Source: Escherichia coli
Lineage (GTDB): Bacteria; Pseudomonadota; Gammaproteobacteria; Enterobacterales; Enterobacteriaceae
Length of the DNA stretch: 64,000 nucleotides
Direction: 5' to 3' (one strand)
NCBI RefSeq assembly: GCF_003018235.1
Contig: NZ_CP027437.1
How positions within the stretch are numbered: position 1 is the first letter of the stretch; each line of letters starts with the position of its first letter. The position numbers and the translations under genes were made by a program. The notes under the pieces were generated by a model. That model did not search any database. It saw nothing but the letters and a program-made list of their open reading frames with translations, and was not told where the DNA came from. This document shows positions 1 to 13,418 of the stretch, in pieces.

Positions 1-864
1 GTGGTGGTTGACGACTGGGATATGGAAATCACCCACGTTATCCGTGGCGAAGACCATATCAACAACACGCCACGCCAGATCAACATTCTTAAAGCACTGA
101 AAGCGCCGGTACCGGTTTACGCGCACGTTTCTATGATCAACGGCGATGACGGCAAAAAACTGTCCAAACGTCACGGGGCGGTCAGCGTAATGCAGTATCG
201 TGATGACGGTTATTTGCCAGAAGCACTGCTGAACTATCTGGTGCGTCTGGGCTGGTCCCACGGCGATCAGGAAATCTTCACTCGTGAAGAGATGATCAAA
301 TACTTCACCCTGAATGCCGTCAGCAAATCTGCCAGTGCGTTCAACACCGACAAGCTGCTGTGGCTGAACCATCACTACATTAACGCGCTGCCGCCGGAGT
401 ATGTTGCTACTCACTTACAGTGGCACATTGAGCAGGAAAATATCGATACCCGTAACGGCCCGCAGCTGGCTGATCTGGTGAAACTGCTGGGCGAACGCTG
501 CAAGACGCTGAAAGAGATGGCACAGAGCTGCCGTTATTTCTACGAAGATTTTGCTGAGTTCGATGCCGACGCCGCGAAAAAACATCTGCGTCCGGTAGCG
601 CGTCAGCCGCTGGAAGTAGTTCGTGACAAACTGGCCGCGATTACTGACTGGACCGCTGAAAACGTTCATCACGCTATTCAGGCGACGGCGGATGAGCTGG
701 AAGTGGGTATGGGTAAAGTTGGTATGCCGCTGCGTGTCGCCGTAACCGGTGCGGGGCAGTCTCCGGCGCTGGATGTTACCGTTCACGCAATCGGTAAGAC
801 CCGCAGTATCGAGCGTATCAACAAAGCGTTGGCTTTTATTGCTGAACGCGAAAATCAGCAGTAA
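1..864 (+). CDS. gltX: glutamyl-tRNA synthetase, C-terminal 287 aa (5' end outside window)
   Basis: ORF open from position 1; sequence recalled as E. coli GltX C-terminal part; synteny with yfeD/yfeC/alaWX. Confidence 0.9.
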
Positions 865-883
865 TTAGCGCATAAAAGATAAA

Positions 884-913
884 CGGCAGGAGAGATACCC
901 CTGCCGTTTTTTA
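884..913. terminator. Rho-independent hairpin between convergent gltX and yfeD (bidirectional)
   Basis: stem cggcagg (884-890) / cctgccg (900-906) followed by T-run 907-913, with A-run upstream. Confidence 0.7.
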
Positions 914-914
914 T

Positions 915-1307
915 TTATTCTGATTCATCTATGTCGAGACGAGCAAGGAAATTACGAATTCCTTCGCGTGACAAAAATTGCGCAACTTTTTCCTGCTCAC
1001 TGTGAGTCATGTTGTCTATTGCGCTGATGATTTGCCGATAAGCAGGAGTGCGAATCCCCGGTGCGTATTCGGCAAGGGGTTCTTCGGCTTCCAGAAGCAT
1101 CGGCGTGTTATGGAAGGCTGGCGTGTTCTGAATAAACTCGCAAACTTGCGTATCGACCAGAATAAGTCTGGCACGACCGCCTTTCACGCCAGGAAATTTT
1201 TCCGTTTTCCAGCCTTTTTCTCTGATCCAACGGTTAACAGTTTGTTTAGCCACACCGAGGCATTCAGCCAGTTCTTCGGTGGTCATTTTATTGCGTAATC
1301 TTTTCAT
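915..1307 (-). CDS. yfeD: small putative HTH DNA-binding protein, 130 aa
   Basis: ORF track; paralogous to adjacent yfeC; K-12 synteny next to gltX. Confidence 0.8.
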   Translation of the reverse strand: MKRLRNKMTTEELAECLGVAKQTVNRWIREKGWKTEKFPGVKGGRARLILVDTQVCEFIQNTPAFHNTPMLLEAEEPLAEYAPGIRTPAYRQIISAIDNMTHSEQEKVAQFLSREGIRNFLARLDIDESE

Positions 1308-1308
1308 A

Positions 1309-1653
1309 TTATTTGCTATCGCGAATCCCTAAGCGTTGTAATAATCCGATAATCCCTTCCCGCAGAAGCAAGGATGTAAACTGTTTTTGTTCAACTGGCG
1401 TCATCTCTTTCGCCAGTGTCACCAGCAACACTTCAAGCGGCGCATCACCAGACAGGGCAGGCGCTTCTCCCTGACCTTCTGGACGTTCAGCATTGCGAAT
1501 ATATTCACGAACCTGTTCATTGACGTGAACCAGTCGGGCTTTGCCACCCTGGACGCCTGGTTTTGGTGACGTTGTCCAGCCTTCCTTGCGTACCCATTTA
1601 TTAATGGTCTGGCGGCTATAGCCGGTCAGTCTGGCAAGTTCATCTGGCGTCAT
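1309..1653 (-). CDS. yfeC: small putative HTH DNA-binding protein, about 114 aa (internal Met start chosen; ORF extends to 1668)
   Basis: ORF track; MTPDELARL start; paralog of yfeD. Confidence 0.75.
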   Translation of the reverse strand: MTPDELARLTGYSRQTINKWVRKEGWTTSPKPGVQGGKARLVHVNEQVREYIRNAERPEGQGEAPALSGDAPLEVLLVTLAKEMTPVEQKQFTSLLLREGIIGLLQRLGIRDSK

Positions 1654-1827
1654 CCTCTCCTTGAACATAACAATTCCCTGAATGTATGTGGGTCTATTAG
1701 TAGTTCATTTTATAACACCACTTTACAGGAAACCGTGACATGAATAACTACTGAATGCGAGCGGTTTTCCAAAATTGTTCATTTGCCTGATTTTTCAGCG
1801 ATTGAAACTACACGTTGCAATTTGCCG

Positions 1828-1856
1828 TTGACACATTCGGGCGGAATTCATATGAT
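1828..1856 (+). promoter_or_regulatory. sigma70 promoter of the tRNA-Ala operon: -35 TTGACA (1828-1833), 17-bp spacer, -10 TATGAT (1851-1856), GC-rich discriminator
   Basis: consensus hexamers read directly about 35 bp upstream of the first tRNA. Confidence 0.6.
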
Positions 1857-1888
1857 GCCGCCCGTCAACTCGACAAGCTTTACGTGAC

Positions 1889-1964
<76 letters not shown>

Positions 1965-2003
1965 AATTTTGCACCCAGCAAATTTGGTACGTAAACGCAT
2001 CGT

Positions 2004-2079
<76 letters not shown>

Positions 2080-2088
2080 AATTTCCAA

Positions 2089-2114
2089 CCCTCGCTGCAA
2101 AGCGGGGGTTTTTT
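2089..2114 (+). terminator. Rho-independent terminator of the tRNA-Ala operon
   Basis: stem cctcgct / agcgggg with loop gcaa, followed by gttttttg. Confidence 0.65.
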
Positions 2115-2286
2115 GTCTCTGCTTTTTGCCGCTTTTGTAATACAGTCTACGTCCGGGTTAGCGCCGCCTGGTGAAAGCATCATTGGATGAAAAATCGGCA
2201 ACAGGCTGGCCCCTGTTTGCTTCGCGATGCGAATAAACTTATTATTTGTGTGCCTGAAAACCCCGATCAGTGAGAGTAGTGTACTC

Positions 2287-4476
2287 ATGTTTGTGGAGCA
2301 TAACCTGATAAAAAATATCAAGATATTCACACTAGCGTTTACGCTCACCGTGGTACTTATTCAGCTATCCCGTTTTATTTCGCCACTTGCCATTATCCAT
2401 TCCAGTTATATCTTTCTGGCGTGGATGCCACTGTGCGTAATGCTGTCAATCTTGTTTATCTTTGGCTGGCGCGGTGTCGTTCCCGTTTTATGCGGGATGT
2501 TTTGCACCAATCTGTGGAACTTTCATCTCTCTTTTTTACAGACCGCGGTCATGCTCGGCAGCCAGACGTTTGTTGTGTTGTGTGCCTGCGCAATATTACG
2601 CTGGCAGCTGGGGACGCGTTGGCGTTATGGATTGACCAGCCGATATGTCTGGCAACGTCTTTTCTGGCTTGGTTTGGTGACGCCGATCGGCATCAAATGC
2701 AGCATGTATCTTGTGGGGAGCTTTTTTGATTTCCCGCTAAAGATATCCACCTTTTTCGGCGATGCGGATGCCATTTTCACAGTCGTTGATTTACTAAGCC
2801 TTTTCACCGCTGTGCTGATTTACAACATGCTTTTCTACTATCTCACTCGCATGATTGTAAGTCCCCACTTTGCGCAGATATTGTGGCGCAGGGATATCGC
2901 TCCGTCGTTGAGCAAAGAGAAACGCGCATTTACCTTAAGCTGGCTGGCAGCTCTTAGCGTGCTGCTACTTCTGATGTGCACACCGTATGAGAATGACTTT
3001 ATTGCCGGTTACCTGGTACCTGTTTTCTTCATTATCTTTACCCTCGGTGTCGGTAAGCTTCGCTATCCGTTTTTAAATCTCACCTGGGCTGTTTCAACGC
3101 TTTGCCTTCTGAATTACAACCAGAACTTTTTGCAAGGGGTACTAACCGAATATTCGCTGGCATTTATTCTCGCGGTGCTGATTTCCTTTAGCGTTTGCCT
3201 GCTCTATATGGTGCGCATTTATCATCGCAGTGAATGGCTTAATCGCCGCTGGCATTTGCAGGCGCTGACCGATCCGTTAACGCTCCTACCCAACTTTCGT
3301 GCGTTGGAGCAAGCGCCGGAGCAAGAGGCGGGCAAGAGTTTTTGCTGCCTGCGCATTGATAATCTTGAGTTTATGAGTCGTCATTACGGCTTAATGATGC
3401 GCGTTCACTGTATCCGCTCAATTTACCGTACGCTGCTGCCGTTGATGCAGGAAAACGAAAAGTTGTATCAATTGCCGGGTAGTGAACTGCTGTTAGTGCT
3501 GAGTGGACCGGAAACGGAAGGGCGACTCCAGCATATGGTTAACATCCTGAATAGTCGGCAAATTCACTGGAACAATACCGGGCTGGATATGGGCTATGGT
3601 GCTGCCTGGGGGCGTTTTGATGGAAATCAGGAAACCCTGCAACCCTTGTTGGGGCAGTTAAGCTGGCTGGCGGAGCAATCCTGCGCACATCACCATGTGC
3701 TGGCGCTGGATAGCAGAGAGGAGATGGTTTCCGGGCAGACCACTAAACAGGTGCTATTGCTGAATACCATTCGCACGGCGTTAGATCAGGGTGATTTGCT
3801 GCTCTACGCCCAGCCAATTCGCAACAAAGAGGGTGAAGGTTATGATGAGATCCTCGCGCGACTGAAATATGACGGTGGCATTATGACCCCGGATAAGTTT
3901 CTGCCCCTTATTGCTCAGTTTAACCTTAGCGCGCGTTTTGATTTGCAAGTGCTGGAATCCCTGTTGAAGTGGCTGGCAACACATCCTTGCGACAAAAAAG
4001 GCCCGCGCTTTTCAGTCAATTTAATGCCGCTCACGCTGCTGCAAAAGAATATTGCCGGGCGGATTATTCGTCTGTTTAAGCGTTATAACATCTCCCCGCA
4101 GGCGGTCATTCTTGAGATCACCGAGGAGCAGGCGTTTTCTAACGCAGAAAGCAGCATGTACAACATCGAGCAACTGCATAAGTTTGGTTTCCGGATTGCG
4201 ATTGATGACTTTGGCACCGGTTATGCCAACTACGAACGGTTAAAGCGTTTGCAGGCTGATATCATCAAAATTGATGGCGTCTTTGTGAAAGATATCGTCA
4301 CGAATACGCTGGATGCGATGATTGTGAGATCAATTACCGATCTGGCGAAAGCGAAGTCATTGAGTGTGGTCGCGGAGTTTGTCGAGACGCAACAGCAGCA
4401 GGCGCTATTGCATAAGCTCGGGGTGCAATATCTGCAAGGGTATTTGATTGGTCGCCCGCAGCCATTAGCTGATTAA
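2287..4476 (+). CDS. pdeA: membrane-anchored c-di-GMP phosphodiesterase (EAL domain), about 729 aa; ORF opens at 2227, internal Met start chosen
   Basis: ORF track; multi-TM N-terminus plus C-terminal EAL-type region; K-12 synteny (yfeA) between the tRNA-Ala genes and nupC. Confidence 0.75.
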   Translation: MFVEHNLIKNIKIFTLAFTLTVVLIQLSRFISPLAIIHSSYIFLAWMPLCVMLSILFIFGWRGVVPVLCGMFCTNLWNFHLSFLQTAVMLGSQTFVVLCACAILRWQLGTRWRYGLTSRYVWQRLFWLGLVTPIGIKCSMYLVGSFFDFPLKISTFFGDADAIFTVVDLLSLFTAVLIYNMLFYYLTRMIVSPHFAQILWRRDIAPSLSKEKRAFTLSWLAALSVLLLLMCTPYENDFIAGYLVPVFFIIFTLGVGKLRYPFLNLTWAVSTLCLLNYNQNFLQGVLTEYSLAFILAVLISFSVCLLYMVRIYHRSEWLNRRWHLQALTDPLTLLPNFRALEQAPEQEAGKSFCCLRIDNLEFMSRHYGLMMRVHCIRSIYRTLLPLMQENEKLYQLPGSELLLVLSGPETEGRLQHMVNILNSRQIHWNNTGLDMGYGAAWGRFDGNQETLQPLLGQLSWLAEQSCAHHHVLALDSREEMVSGQTTKQVLLLNTIRTALDQGDLLLYAQPIRNKEGEGYDEILARLKYDGGIMTPDKFLPLIAQFNLSARFDLQVLESLLKWLATHPCDKKGPRFSVNLMPLTLLQKNIAGRIIRLFKRYNISPQAVILEITEEQAFSNAESSMYNIEQLHKFGFRIAIDDFGTGYANYERLKRLQADIIKIDGVFVKDIVTNTLDAMIVRSITDLAKAKSLSVVAEFVETQQQQALLHKLGVQYLQGYLIGRPQPLAD

Positions 4477-4483
4477 CAGGCGT

Positions 4484-4516
4484 AAAAAAGCCGGGGAATG
4501 ATCCCCGGCTTTTTTA
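4484..4516. terminator. bidirectional Rho-independent terminator between convergent pdeA and nupC
   Basis: stem agccgggga / tccccggct flanked by A-run and T-run. Confidence 0.7.
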
Positions 4517-4525
4517 TGTATGGTT

Positions 4526-5728
4526 TTACAGCACCAGTGCTGCGATTGACGCAGACAGCACACTCACCAGGGTAGAGCCGTAAACCAGTTTCAGACCGAA
4601 GCGAGAAACCACGTTACCTTGCTCTTCATTCAGGCCTTTAACTGCACCGGCGATAATCCCGATTGAAGAGAAGTTAGCGAAGGAAACCAGGAACACAGAG
4701 ATGATGCCTTCAGCACGCGGAGAGAGTGTAGAGGCAATTTTCTGCAGATCCATCATCGCAACGAACTCGTTGGAAACCAGTTTGGTCGCCATGATACTGC
4801 CCACTTGCAGTGCTTCACTGGAAGGAACACCCATCACCCATGCAATCGGATAGAAGATGTAGCCCAGGATGCCCTGGAAGGAGATGCTGTAGCCAAACCA
4901 GCCAGTAACGGTGGCAAACAGTGCGTTCAGCGCGGCGATCAGGGCGATAAAGCCGATCAGCATCGCGGCAACGATAATGGCAACTTTGAAACCTGCCAGA
5001 ATGTATTCACCCAGCATTTCGAAGAAGCTCTGACCTTCGTGCAGGTTGGACATCTGGATGTTTTCTTCACTGGCATCAACACGGTAAGGGTTGATCAGCG
5101 ACAGCACGATAAAGGTGCTGAACATGTTCAGTACCAGTGCCGCAACGACGTATTTCGGTTCCAGCATGGTCATGTATGCACCAACGATGGACATCGACAC
5201 GGTGGACATCGCCGTGGCAGCCATGGTGTACATGCGATTGCGGGAGATTTTGCCGAGGATATCTTTATAGGCAATAAAGTTTTCAGACTGACCCAGAATC
5301 AGGGAGCTGACGGCGTTAAAGGATTCCAGTTTGCCCATGCCGTTGACTTTGGAGAGCAGGAAACCAATTGCGCGGATAATCACCGGCAACACGCGAATGT
5401 GCTGGAGAATACCGATCAGTGCAGAGATAAAGACGATTGGGCACAGCACTTTCAGGAAGAAGAATGCCAGGCCTTGATCATTCATGCTACCAAAGACGAA
5501 GTTAGTCCCTTCGTTGGCAAATCCGAGCAGTTTTTCAAACATTTCGGAGAAGCCTTTCACGAAGCCTAAACCAACGTCGGAGTTCAGGAAGAACCACGCC
5601 AGTAACACTTCGATAACAAGCAGTTGAATAACATAACGGATACGAATTTTTTTGCGGTCGCTGCTTACCAGCAGTGCGAGAATCGCAACAACGGCAAGTG
5701 CCAGTACAAAATGAAGGACGCGGTCCAT
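4526..5728 (-). CDS. nupC: nucleoside:H+ symporter, 400 aa (ORF extends to 5767; start taken at MDRVLHF)
   Basis: ORF track; recalled NupC sequence; synteny. Confidence 0.85.
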
Positions 5729-5994
5729 ATTTGCTCCAAATATGAGGCAGGTTAAATTTCCGTGCACATTCTATGTAACATGGTTAAGGAAAACGAGATC
5801 TGACACACACTATAATGACGTCCTGTGACAAGCTTCAAAAATAGTGAGCTGTCATACATTTCTGCTATGTTGTGTATGGAAGCTGAAAGTTATGTAAATG
5901 TGCTAACATTAAACATAACCATAACATTCAAGTCATCAATCTTTTCGTAGTCATAATCCTGGTCTATCAGAGAAATCACCACAACCCATTTAAA

Positions 5995-6016
5995 TGAATT
6001 TGATAATCATTATCGT
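5995..6016. promoter_or_regulatory. Fur box candidate in the mntH promoter (tgaatttGATAATCATTATCg)
   Basis: GATAATCATTATC matches the Fur consensus core; position about 50 bp upstream of the mntH start. Confidence 0.6.
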
Positions 6017-6029
6017 TTGGCATAGCATG

Positions 6030-6051
6030 AAACATAGCAAAGGCTATGTTT
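6030..6051. promoter_or_regulatory. MntR operator candidate: palindrome AAACATAGC-AAAG-GCTATGTTT
   Basis: near-perfect inverted repeat immediately upstream of the mntH start codon. Confidence 0.6.
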
Positions 6052-6054
6052 TAG

Positions 6055-7302
<1,248 letters not shown>

Positions 7303-7330
7303 TTCAACTGGCGTCGTACCAGGCATCACT

Positions 7331-8702
<1,372 letters not shown>

Positions 8703-8723
8703 GTGCTCCATTGACGGACGCGT

Positions 8724-9050
8724 TTAATGGCGATGCCCATGTCCGCGGCCTTTTCCGCGATGATCGTCACGATCGCGCCAGCCTTCACGATAGCCACGCT
8801 CATACGCTTTACGCTTATCCCAGCCACGATGGTAGCCATTATCATGACGCCACCAGCGGTTCTTACGCCATTCATAATTGCGATGCCAGTAGTCACGGTC
8901 GCGCCAGTGACCACCGTCCCAGTAATTACCGTAATGATCGCGATCGCCAATTTGTAATTTGATTGATGGCAGTAGGGTGATTTCACCTGCGTTTGCCGCA
9001 AGCGGGGTAAATGCCATCAGGGCGGCCGCCAGAAACAGTGACCTGAACAT
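8724..9050 (-). CDS. ypeC: secreted low-complexity protein rich in His/Arg/Trp/Asp/Tyr (DUF2502-like), 108 aa
   Basis: ORF track; signal-peptide-like N-terminus [21 protein letters not shown]; synteny. Confidence 0.8.
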
Positions 9051-9164
9051 TGTTATTCTCCTTCACGATCGAAGCCGTCAGCGGCCTGTTAACGCAATAT
9101 TACGGGGAGGTAAAGCCCCGTATCATCGCCATAACTCTTAAATCATAAAGGAGAGCATTTTTTG

Positions 9165-10421
9165 CTAAACGTTATCGTGGGGTGGCTGTTGCTTCGGACG
9201 ATTGACCATCATCATCGGCTTACCTGCTAATAACAGCCAAGCCGGAAGCATGACGATACAGAGCAGCGGTAGCAATGTGGTATTGGGTACAACGACTGCC
9301 GCCATAAAAAGACTTAACCAGCCATCACGTGTTACCACCAGCACGATGCCGAGAATAGCGCAGGAAACGGTTATTGCCGCTGGAACGGCGGGTACGTGCT
9401 CATGCAGCATCAACCCTAATGCCACGCCGACAAACACTGCCGGGAAGATTCGCCCACCGCGAAAGCCACTGGCGGCAGCAACGACCAGGGCGGCAAGTTT
9501 AATTACCGCCAGCAAAAAGTAATCGCTGGTGCTGAAAGCCTGATTTGCCACCATCTGCTGCATCTCATCCAGCCCTTTAAACAGCGAAACTGGTCCACCA
9601 ATAACCCCCAGAATACCGAGAATAAATCCGCCAATACCCAGCACGAGCACCGGATTTTTTATTTGATGCATCATCGCGTGCAACCGTGGTAAGCACCATA
9701 CGGCGACCATCCCTGCTGCGATGGCAATCGCCGCGACAATTGCACCGCTGAGAATATCGGTCATTTCCATTTTTCCGTAATGCGCAATGGGCAGTGAAAA
9801 ATGGGGATGGAAAAATAATCCGGTAGTAAGTGCACCAGCTGCTGCCGCCATTAACGGCGCAAAAAGACGATCCCATAGCGGAACTTCACTACTACCATTT
9901 AAGGTTTGCGAAAATATCAACGCCGCCGCAACAGGTGTGCCAAACAGTGCGCCGATGGTGCCGGCAGAGGCTAAAATAGTCCACTCCATTCGGTTGACGC
10001 GCGGTAACAGACGAGCGCCAATGGCAACCGCAAGGGCGATATTGACGGTCATGATCGGATGTTCCGGCCCCAGGCTGACGCCGCCAGCAAGACCGAGAAT
10101 TAATGCTACGATAAGTCCAGGTAGCGCAGAGGGCGGAACCGGTGCGCCGATCAGCGGTTCACAGGCGGGGTCTGGTCCAGCATGCCCCTGGCTGAAACGG
10201 ATAACCAACCCCACCGCAATACCTGTTAGCGTTAATATGGCGATGATCCAGAAAGGTGAATCCTGAGCTATCCCCAGAGTTCCCGGCAGTCGTTGCCAGA
10301 GCAAATTCTGTAATACCGAGGCGATTTTCATCACCACAATCAGAATAAGACTGGACGCAATCCCAATTGCCACGGCGGGGAGCGATAATAACAACATGGT
10401 TCTGGCTCGCGGATGGAGCAT
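9165..10421 (-). CDS. yfeO: ClC-type voltage-gated chloride channel family membrane protein, 418 aa
   Basis: ORF track; polytopic membrane protein; synteny next to glk. Confidence 0.8.
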   Translation of the reverse strand: MLHPRARTMLLLSLPAVAIGIASSLILIVVMKIASVLQNLLWQRLPGTLGIAQDSPFWIIAILTLTGIAVGLVIRFSQGHAGPDPACEPLIGAPVPPSALPGLIVALILGLAGGVSLGPEHPIMTVNIALAVAIGARLLPRVNRMEWTILASAGTIGALFGTPVAAALIFSQTLNGSSEVPLWDRLFAPLMAAAAGALTTGLFFHPHFSLPIAHYGKMEMTDILSGAIVAAIAIAAGMVAVWCLPRLHAMMHQIKNPVLVLGIGGFILGILGVIGGPVSLFKGLDEMQQMVANQAFSTSDYFLLAVIKLAALVVAAASGFRGGRIFPAVFVGVALGLMLHEHVPAVPAAITVSCAILGIVLVVTRDGWLSLFMAAVVVPNTTLLPLLCIVMLPAWLLLAGKPMMMVNRPKQQPPHDNV

Positions 10422-10624
10422 GTTCTATTCCTTATGCGGGGTCAGATACTTAGTTTGCCCAGCTTGCAAAAAGGCATCGCTGCAATTGGTGCTGAAACGA
10501 TAAAGTAATTGTGTGACCCAGATCGATATTTACAGGGAGCCTGCCTTTCCGGCGTTGTTGTTATGCCCCCAGGTATTTACAGTGTGAGAAAGAATTATTT
10601 TGACTTTAGCGGAGCAGTTGAAGA

Positions 10625-11590
10625 ATGACAAAGTATGCATTAGTCGGTGATGTGGGCGGCACCAACGCACGTCTTGCTCTGTGTGATATTGCCAGTGGTG
10701 AAATCTCGCAGGCTAAGACCTATTCAGGGCTTGATTACCCCAGCCTCGAAGCGGTCATTCGCGTTTATCTTGAAGAACATAAGGTCGAGGTGAAAGACGG
10801 CTGTATTGCCATCGCTTGCCCAATTACCGGTGACTGGGTGGCAATGACCAACCATACCTGGGCGTTCTCAATTGCCGAAATGAAAAAGAATCTCGGTTTT
10901 AGCCATCTGGAAATTATTAACGATTTTACCGCTGTATCGATGGCGATCCCGATGCTGAAAAAAGAGCATCTGATTCAGTTTGGTGGCGCAGAACCGGTCG
11001 AAGGTAAGCCTATTGCGGTTTACGGTGCCGGAACGGGGCTTGGGGTTGCGCATCTGGTCCATGTCGATAAGCGTTGGGTAAGCTTGCCAGGCGAAGGCGG
11101 TCACGTTGATTTTGCGCCGAATAGTGAAGAAGAGGCCATTATCCTCGAAATACTGCGTGCAGAAATTGGTCATGTTTCGGCAGAGCGCGTGCTTTCTGGC
11201 CCTGGGCTGGTGAATTTGTATCGGGCAATTGTGAAAGCCGACAACCGCCTGCCAGAAAATCTCAAGCCAAAAGATATTACCGAACGCGCGCTGGCTGATA
11301 GCTGCACCGATTGCCGCCGCGCGTTGTCGCTGTTTTGCGTCATTATGGGACGTTTTGGCGGCAATCTGGCGCTCAATCTCGGGACATTTGGCGGCGTGTT
11401 TATTGCGGGCGGTATCGTGCCGCGCTTCCTTGAGTTCTTCAAAGCCTCCGGTTTCCGTGCCGCATTTGAAGATAAAGGGCGCTTTAAAGAATATGTCCAT
11501 GATATTCCGGTGTATCTCATCGTCCATGATAATCCGGGCCTTCTCGGTTCCGGTGCACATTTACGCCAGACCTTAGGTCACATTCTGTAA
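10625..11590 (+). CDS. glk: glucokinase, 321 aa
   Basis: ORF track; [19 protein letters not shown] recalled as E. coli Glk. Confidence 0.9.
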   Translation: MTKYALVGDVGGTNARLALCDIASGEISQAKTYSGLDYPSLEAVIRVYLEEHKVEVKDGCIAIACPITGDWVAMTNHTWAFSIAEMKKNLGFSHLEIINDFTAVSMAIPMLKKEHLIQFGGAEPVEGKPIAVYGAGTGLGVAHLVHVDKRWVSLPGEGGHVDFAPNSEEEAIILEILRAEIGHVSAERVLSGPGLVNLYRAIVKADNRLPENLKPKDITERALADSCTDCRRALSLFCVIMGRFGGNLALNLGTFGGVFIAGGIVPRFLEFFKASGFRAAFEDKGRFKEYVHDIPVYLIVHDNPGLLGSGAHLRQTLGHIL

Positions 11591-11808
11591 ATCCTTCCTG
11601 TTATATCGGGAGATAACTCTCCCGATAATCTTTTAAATCATACAGTTAATTCAATTTTTCTTTGTGTCCCCTCACAAGGCCGACCTGCGTCACACTTCCG
11701 TACAGCGGGATTAATTCTCCAGTAAATGCATTATTTGTCTGGTAACGGCGATTTGTTTTGCACGTTCATAATTTCACTCGTCAACTATCACTGAACGAGG
11801 AATTAACG

Positions 11809-12135
11809 ATGAGTAAGAAACTGATTGCTTTATGTGCCTGCCCGATGGGTCTGGCTCACACCTTTATGGCCGCTCAGGCGCTGGAAGAAGCGGCGGTGGA
11901 AGCAGGCTATGAAGTGAAAATTGAAACTCAGGGCGCGGACGGCATCCAGAATCGCCTGACCGCGCAGGATATCGCCGAAGCGACCATCATCATCCACTCC
12001 GTGGCGGTTACCCCGGAAGATAACGAACGTTTCGAATCACGCGACGTTTATGAAATCACTTTGCAGGACGCAATTAAAAACGCTGCGGGCATCATCAAAG
12101 AAATCGAAGAGATGATTGCCTCTGAACAACAGTAA
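11809..12135 (+). CDS. fryB: PTS fructose-like EIIB component, 108 aa (ORF extends to 11758)
   Basis: ORF track; CACPMGLAHTFMAA PTS IIB-Fru-type motif. Confidence 0.8.
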   Translation: MSKKLIALCACPMGLAHTFMAAQALEEAAVEAGYEVKIETQGADGIQNRLTAQDIAEATIIIHSVAVTPEDNERFESRDVYEITLQDAIKNAAGIIKEIEEMIASEQQ

Positions 12136-12156
12136 TATTCGACAGGGATAATTGTT

Positions 12157-13404
12157 ATGGCCATTAAAAAACGCAGTGCAACCGTTGTGCCTGGCGCATC
12201 CGGTGCGGCAGCGGCAGTTAAGAATCCGCAGGCCTCTAAAAGCAGCTTCTGGGGTGAACTCCCGCAGCATGTGATGTCAGGGATTTCACGCATGGTGCCG
12301 ACCTTAATTATGGGCGGTGTGATCCTCGCTTTCAGCCAGCTTATTGCTTATAGCTGGCTTAAAATTCCTGCTGATATCGGCATCATGGATGCTCTTAATA
12401 GCGGGAAATTCTCCGGTTTCGACCTTTCCTTACTGAAATTTGCCTGGCTGTCGCAGTCCTTCGGCGGCGTGTTGTTTGGTTTCGCCATTCCGATGTTTGC
12501 CGCTTTTGTGGCGAACTCTATCGGCGGCAAACTGGCGTTCCCGGCTGGTTTTATTGGCGGCTTGATGTCTACCCAGCCGACGCAACTGCTGAACTTCGAT
12601 CCCAGCACTATGCAATGGGCGACCTCTTCGCCGGTGCCGTCCACCTTCATTGGTGCGCTGATTATTTCTATCGTTGCTGGTTACCTTGTGAAATGGATGA
12701 ACCAGAAAATCCAGTTACCGGATTTCCTGTTAGCGTTCAAAACCACTTTTTTGCTACCGATTCTTTCCGCCATTTTTGTCATGCTGGCGATGTACTACGT
12801 CATTACCCCCTTTGGCGGCTGGATCAACGGCGGTATCCGTACCGTGCTGACTGCCGCAGGTGAGAAGGGCGCGCTAATGTATGCGATGGGGATCGCCGCG
12901 GCGACAGCAATCGACCTTGGTGGCCCGATCAACAAAGCCGCAGGTTTCGTTGCCTTCAGCTTTACCACGGACCACGTATTACCGGTCACCGCACGTTCTA
13001 TCGCTATCGTTATTCCGCCGATTGGTCTGGGTCTGGCGACCATTATTGACCGTCGTTTAACCGGCAAACGCCTGTTCAACGCTCAACTTTATCCGCAGGG
13101 TAAGACCGCGATGTTCCTGGCCTTTATGGGGATTAGTGAGGGTGCGATTCCGTTTGCGCTGGAAAGCCCCATCACCGCCATCCCGTCGTATATGGTCGGC
13201 GCGATTGTCGGCTCAACTGCAGCTGTCTGGCTGGGCGCAGTGCAATGGTTCCCGGAATCCGCTATCTGGGCATGGCCGCTGGTCACTAACCTGGGCGTCT
13301 ATATGGCGGGGATCGCGCTGGGGGCAGTCATTACTGCGCTGATGGTGGTGTTCCTGCGTCTGATGATGTTCCGTAAAGGCAAATTGTTAATCGATAGCCT
13401 GTAA
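12157..13404 (+). CDS. fryC: PTS fructose-like EIIC permease, 415 aa
   Basis: ORF track; polytopic membrane protein; operon context. Confidence 0.8.
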   Translation: MAIKKRSATVVPGASGAAAAVKNPQASKSSFWGELPQHVMSGISRMVPTLIMGGVILAFSQLIAYSWLKIPADIGIMDALNSGKFSGFDLSLLKFAWLSQSFGGVLFGFAIPMFAAFVANSIGGKLAFPAGFIGGLMSTQPTQLLNFDPSTMQWATSSPVPSTFIGALIISIVAGYLVKWMNQKIQLPDFLLAFKTTFLLPILSAIFVMLAMYYVITPFGGWINGGIRTVLTAAGEKGALMYAMGIAAATAIDLGGPINKAAGFVAFSFTTDHVLPVTARSIAIVIPPIGLGLATIIDRRLTGKRLFNAQLYPQGKTAMFLAFMGISEGAIPFALESPITAIPSYMVGAIVGSTAAVWLGAVQWFPESAIWAWPLVTNLGVYMAGIALGAVITALMVVFLRLMMFRKGKLLIDSL

Positions 13405-13418
13405 GAAGGAAAATCCAG

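Noticed and set aside
2227-2286. N-terminal extensions suggested by the ORF track (pdeA here; also nupC, lpxP, cscR, yfdE, fadL, yfcZ)
   Set aside because: Internal Met starts give the lengths I recall for the K-12 proteins; the longer ORFs simply run back to the previous in-frame stop.
4805-5569. 254-aa plus-strand ORF inside nupC
   Set aside because: It is antisense to a well-supported transporter gene, and its His/Gly/Asp-rich product is a typical artefact of reading a membrane-protein gene backwards.
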